From Octopus sinensis (taxonomy: Eukaryota), in NCBI RefSeq assembly GCF_006345805.1, contig NW_021833595.1, positions 1 through 56,772 on the forward strand: a DNA stretch of 56,772 nt, given 5' to 3'. Position numbers and translations under genes: made by a program. Shown here in pieces: positions 47,233 through 56,772 of this stretch; position 1 is the first letter of the stretch; every line of letters starts with the position of its first letter. Below the pieces are notes generated by a model. The model had not been told where the DNA came from. It saw nothing but the letters and a program-made list of their open reading frames with translations, and ran no database searches.

Positions 47233-47389
47233 GTAACACATAAAACTGATTGATTATCTGGAACTAGCGATACAGCAATTTGAAATGAAAATTTAATTAG
47301 TCTCAACTGACCACACAATACGCCCTAAATTTTTTATCAGTTCTTTTACGAACTGTATCATTACTGAGATACTGAGAGACAGGGTTTTT

Positions 47390-47770
47390 ATAATCTACTA
47401 AAATTCGTCTTTGAAGGGCAAGACGTGGATATTTCAAAAATTAAAAAATCCAGACTATAAAAGAAAACTGAAAATTTCATTCTTATTGATGGAAAGCTAT
47501 ATCTGCGAAATAATAATCAACTTCACAAGCTCATTATAGCTTTAACAAGCACAAAAGAAAGGAATTTCTCCAAAATTCACGAAACAAACCATTGTCGGCA
47601 TAATGCTCTGAATGCACTTTGCTGAAGGAGATTTTTTGTAATCAAGCGAAACATAATTCTTCAAATCGTATGTGAGTGCAATATATGCAAGTTTGCTACC
47701 CCACTGAAACAGTGTGACGTTTCAAGCCATTTACATAATGTAAGGTTTAAGTCGATTTAATTGATCATAA
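47390..47770 (+). pseudogene. Ginger2/TDD-like integrase N-terminal remnant (H2C2 zinc-binding region)
   Basis: FILIDGKLY...IHETNHCRHN...IVCECNIC...VDLID. Confidence 0.6.
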
Positions 47771-48649
47771 AAGGTTTAAAGTTTATTAGTTATTCTCTTA
47801 TCAAAATGATCATTTTTCTTGGTTAATGTCTGTAGTAGACATATATTCAAAATATGCATGTTAAAGATAGTAAAGGAATAGTTAGAAGGGTTCACTCTAA
47901 ACGCCTTAAAAAGATACTTGAAAATAATTTTAATGTTTTCTTTGAAAAAAGTAAAGATCATTCCCTGGCCTTACTTACTATTAGCTAAAAATAAATTCTT
48001 TATTTGAAAATAAAGTGCGGAGCTATAAAATACTATGACTCTGCGGAAAAGGCTATATTGATTTTCCTTTGAAAAATATTTGATTATCTTATTTTTAACA
48101 AGGATTGGCATTGATGACAGCTGTCATGGTTTCAGTCTCGACTCGGTTTCATTTTCGGTTTGCGACAATCTCTGAAAGATCTTTCTCTAGCATATTTTTT
48201 AACAAAATTTTAAAAGAAGAAATAATAATATTTTCAGCAAGTGTATGGGGATAACCATGTTTGGCAATTAATTTTGCTATTTGATAGGAAGAGACCAATT
48301 CCCCTATAAATTACATGAAAAAAAACTTCGAGATTAAAGTGTTTCCTTAATAAAATTATTCTTCAAATTTGCTTCATTATCGCAATTTTCCCGCAGTTTA
48401 ACAAAAAGTCAATTGATTCTCCCATTTTACTAGAATGTTTTGTTCGAATTTGATTACGTAACAATAAGAGTTTCATTGGTTCGTTTAAGAATATTAGTCG
48501 TCATATCAGACAAAATAGTTTGCTGGAGTCTTCATTAAAAAATACAAATCCAAATTTAAGAAAGTCTTGATTTTATCGTCGAATTCTACGGTTAAAATTG
48601 ATGTATATCTTCTAAAGATTTTGTCACGTGTATACAAATAGGTTTGACG

Positions 48650-49740
48650 TTTAAAAATATCGGGCAATATCTCCCACGTTGAGAACTACTGATATAAATG
48701 ATGCAATTCCCTCAACCCGGCTTCCAAATGGATTACAAAGAGAATTAGCGAAAGAGAGTCCTCTCACAGTACCAATCCTGGTGGTAAATTTATCAGAATG
48801 GTCTATCTCCACTTTCACTACAAGGCTCATATCAGCTAGAAAAAAACGCACAATCCTCAAAAAGTCCCCGTTAACAATATCCTCGAGAACCCGCAATATT
48901 TTATCCCTACAAATACAGTCAAACGCTTTTGATATGTCAACTCCCATTTCCTATACTTCTGACATATGACGTAAGCCACCGATGACTCCATACTATATCA
49001 GCGGATAAACTTCTCGGTATGAATCCGCTTTGACTTGGCGAAGAGTATTGATCAACTAATTTGATATGCGATTCAATGTTATAATTGACCGAGTTTTTTT
49101 ACAGCATCTTTAAAAGGGCGATTGGTTTGAGATTTTCAATTGGACCTGCAGGTTTGCCGGGTTTTTGCAAAGTGAGTAGAACTACCATTGCAAGTTTAAT
49201 TGGACAATGAGTCCTGAATATCTCATTGAATATAAAGGTTATCCCTTTTGCAAGCTTGGTCGGTGCGTATTTCAACAGCTCTCCGCAAATATATTATCAT
49301 GGTTATTCAGTCAAAGCATTGCTCTACGAATCTCGGGATTTGTGAACATATTGTTCAGTAAACGAAGCTGTCCTTCGAATTGTGAGAGCGGTAAAGTGTC
49401 CTCCCGATTGAACTAATCGCAAAAGTGTCGGGCTATAAGTTCAGCCGAGCGATTAGCGTTCAATACAAAATTACCAAACTCATCTTGAATTTTTAGATTG
49501 GTGTTAGCCTACCCACGTTTGAGTAAGCGCATAGATATAAACATTTTACCATCTGAATGTAACCTCTCCACTTATAGTATGTGCTGGTCCAAGAAGTCCG
49601 ACCAGGATTTGCATCTGAATGTTGCTTTTGATTTCGTGTCGGATTTCTGTTTAGGATCATAAGTTTCAACTTGAAATCTTAACTCTCGACGACGTATAAA
49701 CAATTCATTGATTGCCGAGTTGTATGCTCCTTTATACCTT
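48650..49740 (-). pseudogene. RTE-like LINE RT remnant
   Basis: LQKPGKPAGPIENLKPIALL, Q.GF and GVDISKAFDCI. Confidence 0.7.
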
Positions 49741-49759
49741 TTTCAGTGAAGTATTGTGA

Positions 49760-51083
49760 ATCAAAATCGATCCATCGTTAATTTTTTAAAAATATAAAAT
49801 CCACTTAATATCTCTGGACCAAACAAAAAAATGCCATCTTCCAAGGCATTAATAGTAGAAATTAGTTTTTTAGTTGATTGGAATTTTACAACTCCATCAT
49901 ACAATGCGTCATCATTTTCTATACAAGAGATTTCTTCTGATATAACTTCATTGACAATTTCTTCGATTTGTTCTACATTTATTTGATTACATTTTTTGAA
50001 CATCATCTGTAAGTTGCTCATTAGTTTTATTCCGAAAAGTCTTGATCGTTTCTATAGTACCATTCATCCAAGCATCTTTAATTGCTAACAAAACATTTCT
50101 CATATTTATATTTAATAGACCTTAAAAGATTATTTCATCTACTGTGAATAGCATTTAATATTAATTCTTCGCCTTTAAAAAGCGTATAAATTTAACCAAT
50201 TCATGTGAGTAAAATGTTTTGAATGAGCGAACTATTCCCAGAAAGCAACGGAGTAGTATTTTTAAACAGATATAAAAATTTATATTAGAAATCATCTGCC
50301 TTATGGAATCCTGCATTATCTAAAATATTTCTTTTATTATCTTTCATTTATTCATTTATTACATACAACCATGCATTAAAAATATGACTTTTCATCCAAG
50401 CATTTTTAAAGACATATATAATAAATTGTCCTATTCAATATTAAAATTTTTCAAGCAACGAGAAGATTTTATTTTCCAATTAGCAAAGGTTTCATTTTCT
50501 CACAAATTGAATTTGTACATAGAAGAACGCTAACTTTTTCTTTATTTTTTGACATCAACACAAGTATCAGTTAATTCTACGGTAAATTGTAGTAATAGTC
50601 CTGAAACTACTAAATTATAATTTCTTGATCTATATAAATTTAGGAATATTTAATTATTACTTTTGAAATAAAGTAAAAACAACCTTTTCGAAAAATGAAT
50701 GTTTATCACTATTACCGGGTTCTCTGAAGATCTCAGTCCCTTTACATCCATAAAAATTATATATATCTCACTTGATTCTAGAAACAGTCCATTTGCTTGT
50801 CTTGAATTTTTTAAATATGTCCCTTTTAGATATATTTTTTACTTTTTAAAAACTTCACAATCACTAATTTGTCTTTGACAGAAATTCTTTTCGGCATATC
50901 AACAGGAACACGTTATTATTATTTATTATAAAATAAAATTCACAAATTAAAACTAAAAAATATATATAATCTGAAATACCCCATAACTAAATTTATCTTT
51001 GAAAGAAAAACAAAAACTCTCAATAAAAATTCAAACCCGAGGGTGCTCATGTCCGGAGTCGCACTATAAGAGGGTGCACTGTA
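49760..51083 (-). mobile_element. pogo/Tigger-like element remnant
   Basis: Decayed DDE pieces (AWMK, DNAGFH, NTTP...GI) at 50200-50560; the terminal ...gggtgcactg|ta at 51072-51083 fits a TA|CAGTG end. Confidence 0.5.
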
Positions 51084-51459
51084 CTGGCTAATACTATTAC
51101 TCTCCGAATCCCGTCATTATGGCATGGGCTTTGCTATACACATCTCACTTGTGGATCAGTTACTTAATGTATGGAGGATAACAGATCGAATTTGCTATAT
51201 CAACGTAATACAAAATCGTTATGACTTTCATAAACGTGTATGCACCCCACACGGGAAGATTATCGACTTGTATGGCTGAACTTGATGATTTTTATATGAG
51301 TTTTTAGAAGAATACTCCTAACTCTGCTCGTCAGAAATAATTTTGTTGCTTAGGACTGGAATTTAAAACCAGGAATTGAACGCAGGGGTGAATGCTATAT
51401 TGGTAATCACGGAAAGGGGCATCGAAAAGAATAACATAATATTAAATGAATAAGTTAAA

Positions 51460-52545
51460 TAAAAAGGGACTGTTGATCGTATACCTGATTCTGGAAGATC
51501 CAAAAGCTCTCTAACTCAGATATTTGTAAACTTGTCAACATTGTGAAAGAAAATCCAAAAAAAACACTGGCCAACCTGAAAGAAGAAGTCTTTGATTTTA
51601 CAGGAAAAGTTGTCTGCAAAAAACAATAAGCAATTATCTACATGAAAATCATTACAAAGCATGTGTGTGTAAAAGAAAACCTTTTTTATCAAAAAAAATA
51701 GTGAAAAACAATACGAGCTTTCAATAATCTTTTCTGCAATAAGCAATGAAACGTGGAGAACTGTTATATAGAGTGACGAGGCTTCCTTTGAAATTTTTTC
51801 ATCTAAAAAAAGAACATTTTGCTTTAGAAAAAAAATAAAGCCTTAAATTATGCCCATTTAACGCCAACTTTGAAGTTTGGTGGTGGAAGAATTATGGTAT
51901 GGGGTTGTATCTCCTATCAAGGAAAGGGGAATTTGGTTATAGTAAATGAAAAAATAAATTCTGCTGTATATATCAACATTTTAATAAATAATTTGTGGAA
52001 ATCGGCAGATAAAATGGGCTAAATCGTTTTATTTTCCAACAAGATTTCGCCCCCTGTCATAATTCACGGAGAACAAAACAATTTTTGGATGAGAAAAAAA
52101 TTGAATTATTAAATTGGGCACCGCAATCACCAGATTTGAACCCAATTGAACATGTGTGGAGCTACATAAAGGAAGAATTGAGTAAAAAAATGCTGCATAG
52201 TAAAAAGGATTTATGCAAAAATATTATAAAAATTTGGGACGAAATACCAATGGAATTAGTGAGAAAATTAACTGAAAACATGGCAAGAAGAAGCATTGAG
52301 CTTTATAAGGCACATGGAGGACACATTAATAATTAATCATTTGACTTTTTGTCTAATCCGGTTTTTTTTTACACAGAAAAAATTTAATATAGTCAGTTTA
52401 GCTGTACAAAAAGATTATTGAAAAATTATAAAAAGAAAAGTTACGAAGATTATCATTATAAATTAAATAAAAGTCTAAAATTAAAAACAGAATATCAAAA
52501 AAATTAAGCATTCGAAAATCCGGTTTTTTATTACATGGGGTGTAG
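51460..52545 (+). mobile_element. Decayed Tc1 element
   Basis: YSDEASF, KFGGGRIMVWGC, QQDFAPCH, WAPQSPDLNPIEHVW; aatccggtttttt repeats at ~52355 and ~52517. Confidence 0.8.
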
Positions 52546-53441
52546 AAGTTTCGTGGAAAAACATTAGAAATTCTAGTTAATCCCCATTTTATTTAACAAA
52601 ATCATTAAATTAGCATTTAAAATTTATAATAAATGTCTATTAAACCAATTTATTTATAATTTTATTATATATCAATAAATCGTGCGCAATAATAATTAAA
52701 TTTAAATTCTAAATTTTTTGATTTTTTTCAAATGCATCATGGAATTTTTTGTATGCCTAAACAAACAACTAAGTAATCTAAATGGAATCTATATTTTGGA
52801 TAGACGAATATTTTTAATTATTGTACTAAAAGAAAGTACTTTTTTATTTTTCTATTTTTGTCTAAGTTTCTCTGATATGAATATTTCACTTTAGTTAATA
52901 GCAATTGAATTACAGTTCTACTCAAAAATAATTAGCTTTCAGTAATTTTATTTAACAAGTGTTTAAAATTAATTCAATACTGTTTCATTATTTTTAATCA
53001 ATCCAAAAGCAGCAGTTGCAAAACACTTTTAGTGATCATTTTAAATGTAATAGTTTTTTTCGAAGATAGATAAAATTATCGAGATGAATTTATGTAAAGC
53101 TTTGACTAACGATAAAGCGTTGAAAATCTATTTTAGTTAAACAAAATTTAATTGGCAACAAAAACGTGAAAATATATTTTTCTGTATAAAATTAAATTTA
53201 CTAAGCAGTTTTTAAAAGATTTGTAATAACGAATAACTCCAAATAGTACTCAGGGTCTAGCAAAGTTCCTGCTGCTAGAGAGGGATAGGCGTTAATCAAA
53301 GCGCCCGTACGTGGAGATGCTCTGACAAAAGGCAAGCAAGCCGAAGTTGGTCTCCGTGAGACACTAAGTCCCGAAAAGACTGAGAGCTGCTGGCTTCCGC
53401 CCACTGCGCATTGAAAAAATTGAAAAATATATACTGGTTAA

Positions 53442-54026
53442 TTTTTTTTTTGAGTTTTTATCTTTCATTGTCAAAAAGTAAAGATGGGGAATAAGTTATA
53501 CACGAATTAAAAAGAGCCTGGAGGTCAGCTCAGAGTCGCCGCACTGCGTATCGAGTGGCAGTTTCCGCGGAGCACCGCGACCGAGATTCGCTGGAAGAGC
53601 CAGCTCGTCTCCCTCCGGTCGTTGGTCTTCCTGGCAATTCTCCTGGCAATGTCGGCATGAAGGCGAGTCGCAGACCTGCCGACAATTCCAGATGTTTCGA
53701 AGGCGAGGGGGACAAACTCGCAAGAGTCCGAAATATTTCCATACTTCGACCTCTTAGCCTCCTCAGCCTGAGCACTGGCAGAACCCGGGTTAGTGATGGA
53801 CTTGAGTAACACCGACGCGGAGAACGAGTCAACACAAGTTGCATCCCAAATCAGGGACTTGCCTTCCCTGAAAGGGAAGGTAGTCATCCCGTCAGAACGC
53901 TTTCCATCACTCCGACAGACACCGACTGGCTCTAGAGTGGAGGGGAAACCAGCCGACTCTAGTGCCTTTTTCACGACGTCATTGAGGTGAGTGTGGCGAG
54001 GAATTCTGCCAGCACTCTTCGAATTC
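53442..54026 (-). mobile_element. 5'-truncated CRE-RLE copy with poly-A tail
   Basis: TSD tactggttaa (53432-53441, 54027-54036); ORF 53525-53974 contains RSDG, LIWDATC, FETSG and VLRGN. Confidence 0.92.
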
Positions 54027-54203
54027 TACTGGTTAATTAGATAGCGACCAGCAGCAAAGATAGATAAAGCGTATCTCTGACCAACGCCAAGCCAAGCTGA
54101 TTCGCGCTTATCTATTTTTTTGCTGATATTAACGACCCGATTTACGAGAAGTCCGCTTTGAAAAGCCAGTGGGTTTGTCACCCACTTTAAAGGTCTCAAA
54201 AAC

Positions 54204-55820
54204 GACTGCCTCAAAGCAGAAATTATTTTCAACCGATACTGTTGTTTTTGATAAAATAAAGGAGGAGATAAAAATGGGCGATCAACTGACTTATTCAGCG
54301 ACTCCCAAAAAATTAAAATTAGAAACCAAGTTTGTTAATTTATTATTATCCTGAATCACTTTAGATCAGAGTTGCAAACTTTGGCTGGCGAAATTCTTTG
54401 CTGAACAGAACTGGCATGCCGGATATAGGAGTTCACGTAGTCACCAGGATTTGAGCATTAACTTCATTCTTAGTTGCCAGACGTAATGGTGTGGGTTCTG
54501 TTGTATCGAAGTGTGTTTATTTGCAGGTAGATTATCAATTTTATTAATTTTAATTGAAACAAATTCGTCCGACTAAACCAGTAATAACATCTATTAATGC
54601 CTCTTTCATAAGAAAACAATAAATTCTAGATCTTATCGATTTTCGACACGAAATGGAAATTATTCCTGAGTAATTTGGTAATCAAATTAATAAAATTATT
54701 GTTTTATTAAATTATTTTTTAAAATTTACTATGGTAAAATGTGCTTGTACTTAATCAGCCAATACGATTCGCGGAATCGTAGATGACATGTCTTCTTTTA
54801 TCGGGGGAAATATATTTTTCATACTGATAATGGCAAGGAGTTTAAAAATTCTGACCACGTTACCGGACGACCTCGAACTACGTGAATACATTGGCAAGTT
54901 GAACAGTATCTTTGTTTGAGCTCAATAAAATTAACCAATCTTTATAATGATGGGCCTTATCCACGAATCCATCAAATAAAAATTTTAGAAACTATAAAAC
55001 ACGCATTAAAAAATACCGAGAGACTACAATAAAATCGTTCAATCAATTCACAACGTTAAAATGAACGTAGTACCTTTGATTTAACTTGCTTTTGGTTTAG
55101 TTCTAAATATATAGAAAGTCTTTGATATATTGCGAAGCGACACACACTGGCGACCAGGATAACTTTTAAACTAATTTTTAAGAATATCTTGAGGTGTTTG
55201 TCATGTCCGTTTTTACTGATAAAAAGAAATCGAATCCCATGGGCCTTTTTGCAGAATCAAATATTAAAAACACTATTGTGGATGCAGGAATGTTGTCTCT
55301 AAGGTTGGATAACGTCACAAGAAATAGTATTAACACTGATCCTACAGTTGGTAATCTTGCTGCCCCAACCAACCTTTACTCCTTCAATTGTGTCTCCGAG
55401 TCACAGATTGTTTATGCCACAAAGCAAAGATTGGGGAGAATACTTAGAGGTGGCTGGAATCTCATCCTTGAAAAGTTTAACACAAAATTCGCTAAAAGTA
55501 CGACCCTTAGCGGACTGGAAATATGATCAAAAGCCCGATACGGAAGCAAGTAAAAATTTCCAATTTCAAAAAGTGCTTTGAAGACTGCCTCAAAGCAGAA
55601 ATTATTTTCAACCGATACTGTTGTTTTTGATAAAATAAAGGAGGAGATAAAAATGGGCGATCAACTGACTTATTCAGCGACTCCCAAAAAATTAAAATTA
55701 GAAACCAAGTTTGTTAATTTATTATTATCCTGAATCACTTTAGATCAGAGTTGCAAACTTTGGCTGGCGAAATTCTTTGCTGAACAGAACTGGCATGCCG
55801 GATATAGGAGTTCACGTAGT
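54204..55820 (+). repeat. 238-bp direct repeat pair (54204-54441 and 55583-55820) in a decayed RT-like region
   Basis: gactgcctcaaagcag...ggagttcacgtagt is apparently identical in both copies and contains IKMGDQL (RT motif-B-like). Confidence 0.9.
54810..54910 (+). pseudogene. Integrase core fragment (Ginger-like)
   Basis: IFHTDNGKEFKN...GRPR....QVE. Confidence 0.6.
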
Positions 55821-56246
55821 ATTATATGTCAATTATATGTCACCGTCCAGATAGGTCGGGGCGCCAGATCGGTTATGTATAAAATTTTTAATAAAACTAC
55901 CTTTCGGAAGTTATTTTCTTTTTCTGTTCATTCTTTTGTTGATTTTAATATTATTTTTGCCAAAATATTGAAGTTACTGAGTTCATAAAAAACAACATCC
56001 AGTCATTTCCGGATAATTACCGTATTGATTTTGCATTTTATTTAAAAACGCTTTAACCAAGGTTAGCCAAACAATTCTCAACAATAAAGTTTATTAAAAA
56101 TCCATTTTTAATTTTAAAAATGTTGTAAATTTCTATTTTTATCATTAAAACTCTAAAATACAATCCGGCCTACGGCCGGATGATTCAATGTGAATATTTT
56201 TCCCTATGCGGCCTTCGGCCGCGTCGAATTTGTAACAATGGCACAA

Positions 56247-56772
56247 TTATTTCACAATTAAGTAAATATGACACGAGAAAAAACACAGAACGAACCCCAT
56301 GAATATTTGCAGGTAAAGTTTATTTACTCTGCTAATATGTATCCTTTGATCTTTTTCATCCTCTTCATTAATTATCGTTACGAGTTCTCGATCCCTATTT
56401 TTCACAATATATTTTTGTGCAGATATCTCGTCGTATAATGGGTATTTTCTATAACCCGGGTTTGCATCCCCATCATAGCGTATTAAAATTTCATCGCCAC
56501 TTTCAACTTCGTCATTGCTATTTTCTTCACGCATGTTTTATAGCATCCAAAATTTCCATTTGATGCACTCGTGGAGCCTAATTTAAATAAACAAATATAC
56601 TACTTCAATGAATTTTAACTTAAGTTCAGTGTCTTCGATACAAAAAAACGCAACTTTGAGCCATTTTTAGAAATGTAGGTGTTGTTCTCCTTGAAACTAA
56701 ATTTTTTGGCATATCTCCGTATTCTTGCCCTTTCTTCCGAACTCAAGGAATCATAAAGGTGGCCTGATTCCA
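56247..56772 (-). pseudogene. Probable Ginger-like integrase remnant, related to 25600-25730
   Basis: ggaatcagg.cacct..atgattcc..gag...aatacg.agatat.ccaaaaaatt..gtttca.ggagaacaacacc is shared with 25631-25725; C-terminal-like VESGDEILIR segment. Confidence 0.4.

Larger units (their letters stand above)
44570..48640 (-). mobile_element. Decayed Buster-like hAT element interrupted by Helitron copy 3 and other inserts
   Basis: C-terminus FPSSYLVEKRFS...RGDIRL at 44752-45021; N-terminus LKFGF...CLI...NEPMK and SSYQIAKLIAKHGYPHTLAE at 48230-48560. Confidence 0.6.

Noticed and set aside
54204-55820. 238-bp direct repeats as LTRs
   Set aside because: No TG...CA ends, PBS, PPT or TSD, and the repeat is RT-like coding relic.

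Overview
AT-rich eukaryotic DNA made almost entirely of transposable elements and their remnants. These include hAT (Charlie/SPIN-like, Buster-like, ZNF862-like), Tc1/IS630, pogo, Ginger-like, Merlin, non-autonomous Helitrons carrying a ~93-96 bp satellite, APE-RT LINEs, an R4-like family, and about ten CRE-clade RT/restriction-like-endonuclease (RLE) copies. Manual splicing reveals very small GT-AG introns (24-30 nt) that the ORF track misses. They reconstruct (i) an apparently intact ~252-aa signal-peptide protein with one EGFR-domain-III-like Receptor L domain (5360-6257, -), (ii) a divergent proteasome-beta-like gene with Thr1/Asp17/Lys33, internally deleted and split by an 8-kb four-level nested TE stack (9236-17744, -), and (iii) DNA transposases that themselves carry tiny introns. 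Other notable structures are a LINE EN-RT ORF enclosed by TGT...ACA inverted repeats with a 5-bp TSD, a satellite whose unit looks like amplified Helitron helicase coding sequence, a head-to-tail Helitron pair, and an in-frame catalytic-core deletion of a Buster transposase with a templated junction. The organism cannot be identified from sequence alone; a compact-intron, probably parasitic, eukaryote is an inference. No rRNA, tRNA or CRISPR was recognised. All family calls come from motif recognition by eye, not from database searches.
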